Below the pieces are notes generated by a model. That model had not been told where the DNA came from and did no database searches. It saw only the letters and a program-made list of their open reading frames with translations. Made by a program: the position numbers and the translations under genes. DNA of 64,000 nucleotides from Chiloscyllium plagiosum (lineage: Eukaryota), in assembly GCF_004010195.1 (NCBI RefSeq), contig NC_057760.1, positions 1,506,963 through 1,570,962 of the forward strand, in the 5' to 3' direction. This document shows, piece after piece, positions 25,173 to 37,796 of the stretch; the stretch's first letter is position 1; each line of letters begins with the position of its first letter.

Positions 25173-25351
25173 CCTCTCCACAAATGCTCTCAGCTACCAT
25201 TCTCCCCTGCGCTTCCCCCCACACCCCTCTCCCATTTATCTCTCCACCCCAAGGCTCCCAGCCTCATTCCTGATGAAGGGCTCCAGCCCGAAACCTCAAT
25301 TTTTCCTGCTCCTGGGATGCTGCCTAACCTGCTGTGCTTTTCCAGCAACTC
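25173..25351 (+). mobile_element. PLE family 'A' terminal-repeat insert with 10-bp TSD and hammerhead motif
   Basis: TSD TTGACTCTTA at 25163-25172 and 25352-25361; CTGATGAAGGGCTCCAGCCCGAAACCTC at 25270-25297. Confidence 0.8.
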
Positions 25352-25580
25352 TTGACTCTTAACTGACCTCTGACCTCTGAAACGCTCTGAGCCAGACACA
25401 CTATTCAAGGGTGATTAGGGGTGGGTCTTTTGTTTACTTATTTTCAATGCTGTCCATTGAATGATAGCCATTACACCCAGGACACCAGCTCAGAGTTGAG
25501 AAATTCTAGTGGCAGTGCCCTACCTCTGGGCCAGAACACCTTGGGATCACATGGTTGTTCGAACAACAAAGATGCAGGAT

Positions 25581-26060
25581 GAGAAACATAAATTGCTGGA
25601 AAAGTTCAGCAGGTCTGGCAGCATTTGTGGAGGGAAATCACAGTTGACATTTTGGGTCCAGTGCCCTTTCTTAGAACTGATGGTAGCTAGGCAAACATTG
25701 TTTTTTTTTATTGCAGAAGATAGGGTGGATGGAGGGAGTAAGGAGTAAATGATATGTGAAGACAGAGCCCAGAGAGAGAGAATAGTTGGACTGACAAAGG
25801 AATGCATAACAATAGGCCTGGGAGAATAAATAGTTGCTAATGGGCACTATTAGTGTCTAACAATGGGTTGTGTGTAATAGCAGGCCATGTAATTAAAGGC
25901 CTCGTGTGGGGGGTGTTGGGGTAAGGACAAGTCCTAAAATTGTTGAACTCCATATTGAGTCCAGAAGGCTGTAGAATCCCAAGCGGAAAATGAGGAGCTG
26001 TTCTTCCAGCTTGTGCTGAGCTGCACTGGAGCACTGCAGCAAGTCTGAGGCAGAGATGTT
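25581..26060 (-). mobile_element. Penelope-like element 3' end (family 'C')
   Basis: Minus strand encodes FPLGILQPSGLNMEFNNF (GIY-YIG C-terminus), then the family C terminal repeat. Confidence 0.75.
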
Positions 26061-26554
26061 GGCCAAGGAGCAAGGTGGTGTGCTTGAAGTGTTGAGGAGA
26101 GGCAGGATCGTTGCTTTCAGTCATGGGAGGGAACTCCCCTTCCATCTTGCTCCAGTGAGACCAAGGCATTTCCCATCCAATTTATTTCCCATTCAACGAT
26201 CCTGTCTTCACACGAGCAGCCGTGAGTCAAAGGAGAGTGTGACCTTGATGACCTGAAGCTCGCTGGATCCACTGAGTGGCAGTTGTTCTCGGGGGTTTGT
26301 GGAATTATGTAGACTGTTCGCACAGTATGCAAAGCAGGTGCCTGGGAGGGGTTCTCCCTAAGTTTTTTGTCTGAGAGATTTTGCACGAGAAAGTATCTTC
26401 TGAAAAGGTCACTGGTGTGTTTTTTTTTTAATCTTGTTTGACTTTGTCAGAAAAGGATGAATGTTGGGGCGTTTGCGTTGTAGCTGATGTGCGGAAACCA
26501 CTCTCTAGGTAAAGACATTTTCCCTCATCTCAGTCCTGAACAACTTCGCCTGTA

Positions 26555-26970
26555 TCATAAAGATGTGCAGCACGGAAACAGACCCTTCGGTCCAACTCAT
26601 CAATGACGACCAGATATCCTAAATTAATCTAGTTCCATTTGTCAACATTTGGTCCATATCCATCAAAACCCTTCCTATTCATGTACCCATTGAGATGCCC
26701 TTTAAATGTTATCACTGTGGCAGCCTCTATCACCACGTCTGGCAGTTCATTCCATACACGCACCATCCTCTGCATGAAAACGTTGCCCCTTAGGTCCCTT
26801 TCCTCTCTCACCTGAAACCTATGCCCCTCTAGTTTTGGATTCCCCTGCCCTGGGAAAAAGACCTTGTCTATTCACCCTAATCATGCCCCTCATGATTTTA
26901 TAAACCTCCTTTATAAAGTCACTCCCTCAGTCTCCCATGCTCCAGGGAAACTAGTCCCAGCCTCTCCTTA
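26555..26970 (-). mobile_element. CR1 LINE 3' end
   Basis: ORF RDLRGNVFMQRMVRVWNELP..FKGHLNGYMNRKG. Confidence 0.9.
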
Positions 26971-28069
26971 GACTGTGACCCCTGGTGTCTGGAACCTCTT
27001 ATTTCCCCCAGTAGGGCTTTGAGGAACAATCCTGCCTCTTGACACTGCACCACCGTATGGAGTAAGATCTGGAGTTGGAGACTAATCTCGGTAATGGTGA
27101 CTGTGATAGTGAACATTGCTTGTCTGGTTCACTGATGGGGAAGGAAATCTGTTACCCTTAACCAGTCTGAGTGTACACGTGACTCCTGACCCATAGTGAT
27201 CGAGTTGACTCTTAACTGCCCTCTGAAATGCCCTGAGCCAGACACTGTGTGGTCAAGGGGTAATTGGGGATGTGCAACATATTTCAGTGAAGCCCACAGC
27301 CTGTGAACGGTTAAGAAATGGAAAGTGAGGACAGACTGAACTTGATATAAATATCCAGATTTGTTTTTCTTTCCCTCTCTTTCTGCCTCCTGCCACTCTC
27401 AATGAAACCGTGTCACCACCCTCATGTGAGGGCTGGTTAGCAACACAGTGACATTGCCTATTCACTTGTAGCCTGGAGCCCATGGGATTCAATTCTCAGC
27501 TTGTGGTTATGAATTCAATGGCTCTCAAAACCCAGCTGCTTCAGTATAGACCATCAGCAAAAGGCCTAACACATCCCTACCCGCTGTAGCACTTTGTACA
27601 GTTGATTCGCAACACCGAACAAGCCACTCATAGTCTCTTGTGCACTTCTGACTTCCATGATTCAGTTCTAGTGCTCTTTCAACATTCAGTAAAACGGTTC
27701 CGATCCCATTCCAGGGCTGGAGTATAAATATCCAGGCTGCCACTCCCAGCGCAAAAGGAGCACTGCACTGAGAAGGGCAGCGCTGAGGGAGCTCCACACT
27801 GTTAGAGGGTCAGTAGTAAGTGAACGCTGCTCTATTGAGAATTTGAGGTCATGGAAGACCCTAAATGTATAGCAATCATTGCACTTGTCTTTTGTGGATC
27901 CTAACTGAGGGAGGAATGGTGACCCCAGGGCTGTCAAATCTTCTTTTTCTTTCATCCCGGTGGCTGGATTATTTGTGTTCATTGAACATCCCTTCTCTAT
28001 CTTAGTACACTGACTAATCCAAATGACATCATTCCTGAACACGCAACCCTCCGAACAGGATTCACTGGG

Positions 28070-28937
28070 ACCATTAGGAGTCTGGAGAGAGGGTCTTCAA
28101 TGTGAGGGTCTTCAATGGGAGGGTTAGGGTCTAGCGGGAGGGTTGGGTAGGGTTTGGGGTCTAGAGGGAGGGTCTTTGAGAGAATTACGGTTTAGAGGGA
28201 GGATGTTTGGGTAGGGTGAGGGTCTTTGGGTCGTGCTAGGAATTTAGAGAAAGGGTCTTCGATGAGAGAGTTACAGTTTAGAGTGAGGGTCTTTGTGAGG
28301 GGTCTAGAGAGAGGATCTTCACTGTGGTTAGGGGACTAGAGGGATGGTCTTTGGGAGGGTTAGGGGTCTGGGGGAGGGTCTTCAATGAGAGTTAGTGTTT
28401 GATGGAGGGCCTTTCGGTAGGGTTAGGGTCAAGAAGGAAGATCTTCCAGTGATGATGAGGGTCATTGAGAGGGTCTTCGATGGGTGGGTCTTTGGGGAGG
28501 GTAAGGAGGTCTAGATGGAGGGTCTGGAGGAAGGGTCTTTGGAGAGGCTTAGGGTCTGGAGGGAGGCTTAGGGACTGGAGGGAGGGTTAGGGTCTGGAGG
28601 AAAGGTCTTCGATGGGATTGTTGGGGTCTAGAGAAAGGGTCTTCGATGGGATTATTAGGGTCTGGAGGGAGGGTCTTCGGTGGGATTGTTAGGGTCTAGA
28701 GGAAGGGTCTCGATGGGATTGTTAGGGTCTGGAGGAAGGGTCTTCGATGGGATTGTTAGGGTCTGGAGGAAGGGTTTTCGATGGGATGGTTAGGGTCTGG
28801 AGGAAGGGTCTTCGATGGGATTGTTAGGGTCTGGAGGAAGGGTTTTCGATGAGATTAAGGTCTTCGATGGGATGCTTAGGGTCTGGAGGAAGGGTCTTCG
28901 ATGGGATTGTTAGGGTCTTCAATGGGAGGGTTAGGGT
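28070..28937 (+). repeat. G-rich ~34-bp minisatellite containing TTAGGG
   Basis: Unit GGGTCTTCGATGGGATTGTTAGGGTCTGGAGGAA; roughly 25 copies, most regular at 28600-28920. Confidence 0.9.
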
Positions 28938-30319
28938 AACAGATTGTCTTTTGATGTGCTATGTGGCTTGTTCTTTGCTTGCCTTTCTCTGCAAGAATTG
29001 ATTATATTTTTAAGAAGAAACTTTTCATGAAAAGCACAAAGTGCCTCCCATTATGTTGCAAAGTGGCTACGTAAGCTGTGAGGGCCAGGCTGTCCCGCTT
29101 CCATCCTGTCACTGTCCGATCGCTGGACCACGATCAGGAGCAGGCTGACTGTCATCCGGGATCACCTGAGGCCAACTGCCGAGCCTGTGCTGCAGCAAAC
29201 GAACTTGTCAATCACTTGCCAGTGTGAGCGAGGGAGGGTGCGATTTGGATTCTGACGGGACCTGAGAGATTGCAGGTTGCTGAAACTGGAGCTGGTGTTT
29301 AAGTGGGTGGGTACGTGCGTGCTAACAGGGGATAGGCCGGTTGGAGGAAGAGAATGGATGTTTACGAGTCTTGGCTGCAAGTCTGGATGGGCACAGCATA
29401 ACCAGGTATGGCGTGTTTAATGAGCCAGCGGGTGCATTCATGGACGGGGTGTGCTGGAAGTGAAACAAAAGAATGAGTTGAACTGTGTGGTTTTCTCATG
29501 ATATAATCGTTTGTTGAGATGGCAAATTTAAGGATGGAACAATCAAATACAAACCTCAATAATTGCAGTGCTTTGATGGACTAAATAATCAGTCTGTCCG
29601 GTTGTGTTTGGCCCTTTCGTTTTTCTGTTCCTGAGTTTTAACTGTCGTTTTTTTTTTAAACAAATATCTGCTTTGGGGCAAGGCGTTTTGTGGTTACAAG
29701 CCTGTGTTGTGTTGTCAGTTTGACACTGTGCAGTGCTCTGGGTAAGTGAGGGAGTGGCGCTAGCTCAGGGAATGAGGGACTGACTGCTGTGTGTGGGTGG
29801 GTGTGTGTCCCTCACCCAGACTTGCCAGTTTTACTGGAGACCAGAGGAAGATGGCATGTCAGAACTTGATGCAAGCACCTGCCACGCCCGCTCACAGGCC
29901 GCCCAAAGCCGTAGTTATTGGAGGCCAAGGTCAGCATTCTGAACTGTGCAGTGAATGGGTTTTGTGTGCAGAGGTGATGGGGTCTTGGGGGGTGTGCAGA
30001 GTCAAAGTGGGGAAGTGGGATGAAGATGAGGATCAGCTGCAATCTGATGTAGTGGCTCAAGGGGCTGAAGAATCACACGGCACAGGAGGAGATGATATCG
30101 AAAGGGATCATCACACAAGTGGTTGCCTAGTTGCTCCTTCTTTCCAGACACCGATGACCTTGAAGCTGTAGAGCTTCTGCCCTGTCATCTGAGCCAGAAG
30201 CTTGAGGCTTCACATCCTTTACCAGAGATCAGAGCCGAGAAATCCGCGATGACACCTCCACTGAGGGAAGACAGAATTTGCAGAGGCCAGGCAGTGTTTA
30301 ATACTGCTCTTTAAGTATT

Positions 30320-30850
30320 ATAACTTATAGGATTTGAGTTCAGAAGTATGGCTGTCTAATGGCAGTTATACTGAGCCTTGGTGAGACCACACCTGGAATA
30401 TTGCATGCAGTTTTGGTCTCCCTACTTGCCACAGAGGAAGTGCAGTGAGGTGCCATTAGGCTGATAGCAGGAATGGCAGGATGTCCTACAAGATTCGACT
30501 GGATCTGTATTCACTAGATTTTAGAAGAATGAGTGGGGATCTGATTGAAACACGTAAAATTCTAACATGGCTGGACAGATTAGCTGAAGGGAGGATATTT
30601 TCCCCGGTTGAGGAGTCTAGAATCAGGGGTCACAGTCTCAGGATGCAAGATAGAATTGGGATGAGGAAACATTTCTTCACTAAAGCTGGTCTCTACCAAG
30701 GAAGGCTGGGGAGGCTGGTTTATTAAATGTATTAGAGAAAAGGATCAATTTTTTTTTTATATTTGACAATACGGAAGGCCTCAGTGTATGGAGAAAAAGC
30801 GGGAATATGGCATTGAGGTAGAGGATCAGCCATAATCAGATTGAATGGTG
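30320..30850 (+). mobile_element. Old CR1 LINE 3' fragment
   Basis: LVRPHLEYCMQFWSPY; LYSLDFRRMSGDLIETRKIL. Confidence 0.85.
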
Positions 30851-31865
30851 GGGATAGGGGTGTAGGGGCTGGAGGAAGTGATAGGGAGAGGGTGGGTGAG
30901 GATATGGAGGGATTTTAAAACTCTTAAGTGGCCCAATTAATTTATCTCAATGGCCTCGGTTGAGGGATGCCTGCCAGGCAGGACACTAAGAGAACTAGTC
31001 CTGCCCTATTTTAAATGGTAACATGGTGTCATCAGAACTGGGTGTGGTTTGAGGTGGGTACCTACAGCGCCAATCTAATGTTGGTCTGTGTTGGCATGGG
31101 CCTGATTGCAGGGAGAACCCTTGCATTGTGCTGAGACCCCCCACCTCCTCTGCAGCGTTCGGCGGTGCTGATGCAAATTGCAACTTGCTGGGAATAATAC
31201 AGGCACAGAGGAAAGTCCCTCACACCCCCTGCCTGATTTGTGCCTGTGCCAGCTCTTTTGAAAGAGCTCTCCAATTGCTCCCACCTCACCCTGTTATTTC
31301 CCCCTTGAGTATTTGAAGCTCGCTTCAAGTGTCTCTCCAAGATCCCTTTTGAAACTTAGTGTTGACTCTGTTTCCACAGCCCTTTTCAGGCAGCACATCC
31401 CAGATCATAACTCCCTCGCTCTATCAAAAAAAAACAAATTCCCCTCTCCCCTTCTAATTGACCGATACGTTTTTGTGACCGATAGCTGGTGGAGAAGCTC
31501 TATTTTTGACATTTGTTGCTGAAGTTAAAGACAGTTTTAGAGCATTGCTTCCTATTTCTGTTGGTCAGTCCACGGTCACTTCCTACACTGTGAGAGACAG
31601 ACGCAGCAATGATTCCCATTCTCTCTTTCAATTCCTGTCATGAACGATGGGAGGTTAAAAGCACACATTCGCAGCTTGAGGCTGCAAACCCATACAGGGG
31701 CAGAGCAGAGATGCGTGGACTGTTTGCCCCTGATCAGCCCTCGGGGACTACTCTGTGGTCACAGCAGGTGCTATGTAAATGCTGCCCTGTATCCCTTTTG
31801 AAATTTCAGCTCATCGCTCAGCTCTGGTGGGAATTTAAATGCAATAAATCAAATCTGGAATTGAA

Positions 31866-32311
31866 TTGATTTGGAGATGCCGGTGTTGGACTGGGGTGTA
31901 CAAAGTTTAACAATCTCACAACAGCTTATAGTCAGGTGGTGATGAAGGAGCAAGACTCCGAAAGCTAGTGCTTCCAGTTAAACCTTTTGGACTATAACCT
32001 GGTGTTAGGTAAAAACAATGACTGCAGATGCTGGAAACCAGAGTCTCCACCCTTCAGGCTCTCTGCCTCTATTCCTGATGAAGGGCTTTTGTCCGAAACG
32101 TTGATTTTTACTGCTCCTCGGATGCTGCCTGAGCTGCTGTGCTTTTCCCAGCACCACTCTAATCTAGACTCTGGTTTCCAGCATCTGCAGTCATTGTTTT
32201 TACCTAACAACAGGTTATAGTGCAACAGGTTTAATTGGAAGCACTAGCTTTTGGAGAGTTGCTCCTTCATCACCACCTGACTCTAACCTGGTGTGTGTGA
32301 TTTTTAACCTT
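31866..32311. mobile_element. Composite PLE palindrome (family B arms around a family A core) with 10-bp TSD
   Basis: TSD TGGAATTGAA at 31856-31865 and 32312-32321; inverted arms 31926-32046 / 32166-32286; hammerhead-like motifs at ~31938 (+), 32072 (+) and ~32243-32275 (-). Confidence 0.85.
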
Positions 32312-33229
32312 TGGAATTGAAAGTTAGTCTCAACGACAATGACTGTGACAACCATCATCGATTGTTGTACAAACCCTTCTGATTCACCTAAGAGGCAGGA
32401 AGCCTGCCATCCTTAGCCAGTCTGGATCTGCACGTGACTCCGGACTCCACAGAGGCAGGGTCAACCTTTGACTGGCCCTCTGAGTGAGGTTCTTGGTTCC
32501 GGGGCAATAAATGCCCGCAATGCCTATGTCCCATGAAAGAAGCATCTTCTCTCGGGTAAAGATGAACAATAAATACTGGCCAGCCAATGATACCCATGTC
32601 CCACAAATGGAAAAGAAATAAAGAAAAGACTATGTTTCAGCAGCAAGGTTCCCTCATGCCTCAGGGCTCACTCTCTGACAGCCCTGCGAGCAATATGAGG
32701 GGTAATGGTGTTTCGGGAGAGTGGTTCACCATAGGCCCGAGTTCCCGGGCATATCTGGTCAAATGAGTAAATTTCTGTCTCTGTCTCTCCCTGAGACCTT
32801 AACTTCCAATATACGTGTTGTCATAGAGACATAAAGTAATACAGTATGGGAACCGGTCCTTCAGCGCGTTCCAATTGGTCCATATCCCCCTCAGCCCTTC
32901 CCATCCACATCCCTATCCAAATGTTTTTTAAATGTTGCTATTGTACCTGCCTCAACCACATTCTCTGGCAGCCCATTTCATCTGCATGCCACTGTCTGTG
33001 TGAAGAGGTTGCCCCTCAGGTCCTTGTCCTGTCATGTGTCCTTGATTGTAATTGTTACAACAAGCTTGTCTGATGTGACCTCTGGGTGCAGAAGACTAGC
33101 ATTCCACTGGTGGTCCCCATTGTCTCCTCCACCTCACACGTAACACCTGATGCACAGTCACTTGTTACATAGGCAGTTGTGAGTGCCATGGTATGTGTAG
33201 CAAGCTTCCACAAGCCATGATGCAACAGA

Positions 33230-34115
33230 GGTTCACCTGCATCTCCACCGGTGCTCCTGACACAGTCTTCTGTACATTGGTGAGACCTAGCGTAGGCTAG
33301 GTGACTGTTTTGCCATGCATCCTTGCCAGGCCATGCCTAAAAAAGTCAGCCTGACCTCCTGGTCACCACCCATTTCAATTCTCCCTCCCATTCCCCCTCC
33401 GATATAGAGTCATAGAGTATGATGTACAGCACGGAAACAGACCCTTTGGTCCAACTTGTCCACGCTGACCAGATATCCCAACCCAATCTAGTCCCACCTG
33501 CCAGCACCCGGCCCATATCCCTCCAAACTCTTCCTATTCATATACCCATCCAAATGCCTTTTAAATGTTGTCATTGTACCAGCCTCCACCACTTGCTCTG
33601 GCAACTCATTCCATACACGTACCACCCTCTGTGTGAAAAAGTTGCCCCTTTATGTCTCTTTTATATCTTTCCCCTCTCACCCTAAACTTATGCCCTCGAG
33701 TTCGCCATGGTGAATCGGACTACAAATTGGAGGAATGACATCTTATCTTCCACCTGGGCAGCCTCCAGCCCAGAGGACTTAACGTTGAATTCTCCAATTT
33801 CAAATGAACTTGCTAACCATCCCGCAACTCCCTTTCCAGCCTCACTTCCTCCCTTCAATTCCACCTATCGACCCTTCCAGCTACCAACCAGTTTCATCCT
33901 TCCTATCGACCAACCAGGTCACACCCACTATCTGTGTTCACCTATTGGCACTTCGCCATTCCGCTAACCCCTCTTCCCCCAAAATCTGTGGCTTTCCCCT
34001 ACCCCCACATCCTGAAGAAGGGTTATACCTTAAACATTTGACTTCACCACTTCGCTATCTGGCTTGCTATGCTCTTCCAGCCTCCTGATGGTCAACTTTG
34101 GATTCCAGCAGCTGC
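33230..34115 (+). mobile_element. Penelope-like element 3' part, interrupted by an antisense CR1 tail (33405-33700)
   Basis: LYIGET*RRLGDCFA (YIG motif), HLIFHLGSLQPRGLNVEFSNF, and a degenerate hammerhead CTGAAGAAGGGTTATACCTTAAAC at 34012. Confidence 0.8.
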
Positions 34116-34409
34116 CGTTGACTTTTCTGTATGAGTGCACAAATGGCCTGCCCTGTTTTTGACAGGCTTATCGAGCCTGCACCCTTGTTCAGAAAGCCAA
34201 ATCAGCTTCACAATCTGCAGGTGTGCTTCTCGAACAGACTGGGCCCAGTTGGTGGAACTCTCACCTCAGAGTTAGGAGGCTGAATGGTTGAGTTCAGAAT
34301 CCAGAGGCTTGAACATGTAAATCTAGGCTGACACTCTGGGTGCAGAGAGGCTCTGTCTGCTGCCTTGGGTATGGACACCCTAGCCATGATTCTGTCAGTG
34401 GAACTGTCT

Positions 34410-34670
34410 CGGGGCCAACCCTCCGACAGTGTGGTGCTCTCTTAATACCGACCCTCCGACAATGTGGTGCCCCCTTGGCACTGAGCCTCCGACAATGCGA
34501 CATCCCCTTGTTGCTCAGTCTCCGACAGTGTTGTGCCCCCCTCAGCACTGACCCTCTGACAGTGAGGTGTCCCCTTGGAGCTGAATTTCCAACAGCGTAG
34601 GGCTCTCTCATTGCTGACCCTCCAATAGTGCGATGCCTCCTCTGTGCTAAACCTCTGATCGTCCAGCAAA
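34410..34670 (-). repeat. ~33-bp minisatellite of the Deu-SINE core
   Basis: Repeats of ACCCTCCGACAGTG...CCCC. Confidence 0.75.
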
Positions 34671-35724
34671 GCTTATCTGAACTGTCTCCAATGCAGTTCC
34701 ATCCTTGTAAAGTGCTTCATGTAAGCTCTGAGATTGTGGGAATTTCTACAGAAATGGGAATCTACTTGCTGTTCATAGATGGGAGAGTGAATTGAGAAGG
34801 AGGAAGGGTAAGTAGACTTATGATAGGGCCAACGTAACACATTGATATCTGCCTTACACTTACTTAATGGCTCGAAGTCATTGAATGTATTAAAGACAGA
34901 ATCGACAGGTTCTTATTAGTAAGTGGATCAAAGTTTACAGGGAGAAGGCAGGAGAATGGGTTTGCAAATTGCATTAGCCACAAATGAATGGCAGAACTGA
35001 CTTGCTGGGCTGAATGGCCAAATTCTATTCTCTGCATTTGCTTACTCATAAATCACATAAGTTGACACTTTTCATTAAACCTCAGCCTATGTGACAGTGA
35101 TAAATCAAAACTCTCTCGCTCCATGGATGAAGAATTCCTTCAAAGAGAAACAGGTACTACGCGATGGTGCAGGATATGCATCTTGCTGGAAAACGAGACG
35201 TGACGTTGAAGGTTTCCGTCTGAGACTCCTCAGGATAGAATCGCAAGAATGCCAAATCTCAAAGGAAGCAACCATTTCCGCTGCATGAGAAACGTGGTGC
35301 TGATTGGCTGGCAAGCTATCTCTGGTCAGTCGTAGAATGCATCAGGGAACCACTCTATTAGACTGTACAAATTGTTGCTGCCTTTGAAAGTTTGAATTCT
35401 TGTGTCTGTCCTGATGAATGCAAAGCTATGCTGACATGTCCCTAAATGGAAAAAATTCACTGTTGATCCTTATGCTCAAATCCTATCATGGCATCTGGGT
35501 GAACTTAACTTCAGCTAAGTAAGTAAATCTGGATTAAAGAGCCGGTCTTGCTGATGGTGACAAAAGCCCAACTGGCTCATTGATGTCTTTCAGCGAAGGG
35601 AATCTGCCCAGTCTGAGCTTACATGTGACTCCAGACCCATACTGACATGGTTGACTTTTAAATTAACTTTTGAAACAGCCCAACTGTGCCACTTCAAACT
35701 ATGAACTGCAAAGGGATATACCCC

Positions 35725-36000
35725 GGTGCTGACCCTGCAGCAGCGCGGTGCTCCCTCGGTGCTGGCTGTCCGGCGGCGCGGTGCCCCCCTCGGCGCTCCC
35801 CGTCCGGCGGCGCGGTGCCCCCCTCGGCGCTCCCTGTCCGGCGGCGAGGTGCCCCCCTTGCGCTCGCCTTCCGGCGGCGCGGTGCCACCCTCGCGTTCGC
35901 CCTCTGGCAGTGTCGTGCTCCCTTGGCGACCACCCTGTGGCACCCCCTCAGCGCTCACCCTCAGTCAGCATTGCGCCCCCTCAGTGCTCGCCCTCTGATG
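35725..36000 (-). repeat. GC/CpG-rich ~33-bp minisatellite of the Deu-SINE core
   Basis: Repeats of TCCGGCGGCGCGGTGCCCCCCTCGGCGCTCCC. Confidence 0.8.
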
Positions 36001-37573
36001 TCACCTATTTGGATACAGCTGAACTGTATAGTGAAATGTTTGCCCCTCTCAGTGTGGTGCTGGACTTTAATGGATTGGCTTGATGCCTTGGTTTCACCCA
36101 TCATGGTCAGTTCGAGAGTAGCTACCCCTCCACTTCTGCATCTCGGCTGTGATATATCAGCCTCAGGCTGGGTGTGGCGCAGATTCATAGGAGAGGCCTT
36201 GGGGACGAAAGGGTTAAATATCACGGCTCAATTACACAGGTTGGGCTTGTATTCCCTTAAATTTGGATTATCGTTTCTATAATTTTGCATGCAAGTGATT
36301 TGATCTGTTTAATCTGTTGAGAGCAGAACCTTCAAACCGAAGCTGAGGTATTCAACGCTAACGTCAGTAAGCACTTCCTCAGAAATCCGGAGCCCCCCAC
36401 CCAACCTCCGAAATGAATGCTGTTGGGGCTAGGGGTGGGTGGGGTTCAATTGAAATTATAAAATCTGAGGTTTTAGTGGGTCTGGGGCCTGGGAAATGAA
36501 TTGAATTTTGTACGGTTATCGTACTAAGGGATATGGAGTGAAGCCCATAGTTGAGTTCCAGATTGGCATGTCCTCGGGGTGAATGGTCTGACACTTGATT
36601 CATGTAGCTCAATGGTTTCCTCCTGTTCCTGCCAGCCCTTTGGCTTGTCCTGGCTTGCTAGTTCTTTGTGCCAAATGGCCAATGCGCACAGCAATACCTA
36701 TCAAACTGCTTTTTGTGTGTGTGTGTGTACGCACGAGCGCGCAGCCCCCAACCTTTAGAGACCTCAGAAGGGTGCAGAAATGCTCCTGTATTTGGTGTCT
36801 TTTTTTTCCAATCCAGAAGGTCTCTTGGAATCCAGATTTAAAGTGTGAGGGGCGCAGCGGAGGTGGAGGGTGGTGATGGTGGGAAGCTGGGCTCCTTGAG
36901 CTGGTTATTAAGGTTAACTTAAAATGGCTGACTCACCAACCACATATATCTGGCCGGGGCTGTTCAGGGACAAACGGAACCTTAAAGTAGGCTCCCAGTA
37001 TAATCTGAAGCAAAACCACGGGATTTTGATAATTACTAGGTGGAAAGTCAGCTGGCGATGTCTGTCTCCAAATGTATGCTTTCCTGTGAAGGGTTGGGCA
37101 GTATCTTTAGACAGAGGGGGCCCTGTGAAACTCTGTATATGTGTGTGACTGTGTATTTTCCCTTCCTTTTATCAGTTAGAAATTTTTTTTTTCAAACTCC
37201 CCGATGGAAGAAGCTGAACAGGCTATTTGCTGGTCCTTGCGTAGTTTTTTTTTCCCTCTAAGCTTCCTCTGTACTTGCAAGTTATTGCTGTGTTGGTGCA
37301 TGACGCAACCCATTATAATACTCCTCATCGTATGAGGAAGTGGTGTTAAGCTTAATGCACTGATCGATCACCTTAACCATTTGTATAGCAAATAACATCG
37401 CTGTTGTTAAAAAAAAAAGGAAGTGAGTTTGAATTTCATCAACATGTATAATCCTTCTAAACGGAGAGAGCCAATTTGGATCTATCCAGCTCCTCTCAAC
37501 GTGGCAAAGCGAGTTATAGCCAGTGAAATACTTGAAGGATAATCACTGTTGTCATGTTGCACTGATTTGAATA

Positions 37574-37796
37574 CAGGTTGTTCTGCTATAATGCGCGTTT
37601 CGTTAATGCAAATTCGCTATAACATAATTGGCAAATTGAGGACGCTGTTTCTGAAGCGCAAAGTTTTAATGCGTGTATTGGTTATGAGGTGATTCCGGCC
37701 CCATTAGTTTAAATGGTGCTGCTATTAGGTGATTTTTTTTTCTATGACGCGGGATTGCACGAGAATGGGACTACTGAGTTATAGCAGAACTGACTA
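37574..37796. mobile_element. Tc1/mariner-pogo (Tigger-like) MITE
   Basis: TA|CAGGTTGTTCTGCTATAA ... TTATAGCAGAACTGACTA|TA: imperfect TIRs with TA TSD. Confidence 0.75.

Noticed and set aside
28070..28937. CRISPR-like array or true interstitial telomere
   Set aside because: No unique spacers, eukaryotic context, and TTAGGG is not tandem.
35126..35152. Possible start exon MDEEFLQRET; similarly 57558-57765
   Set aside because: Weak donors, no promoter features or homology; likely chance.
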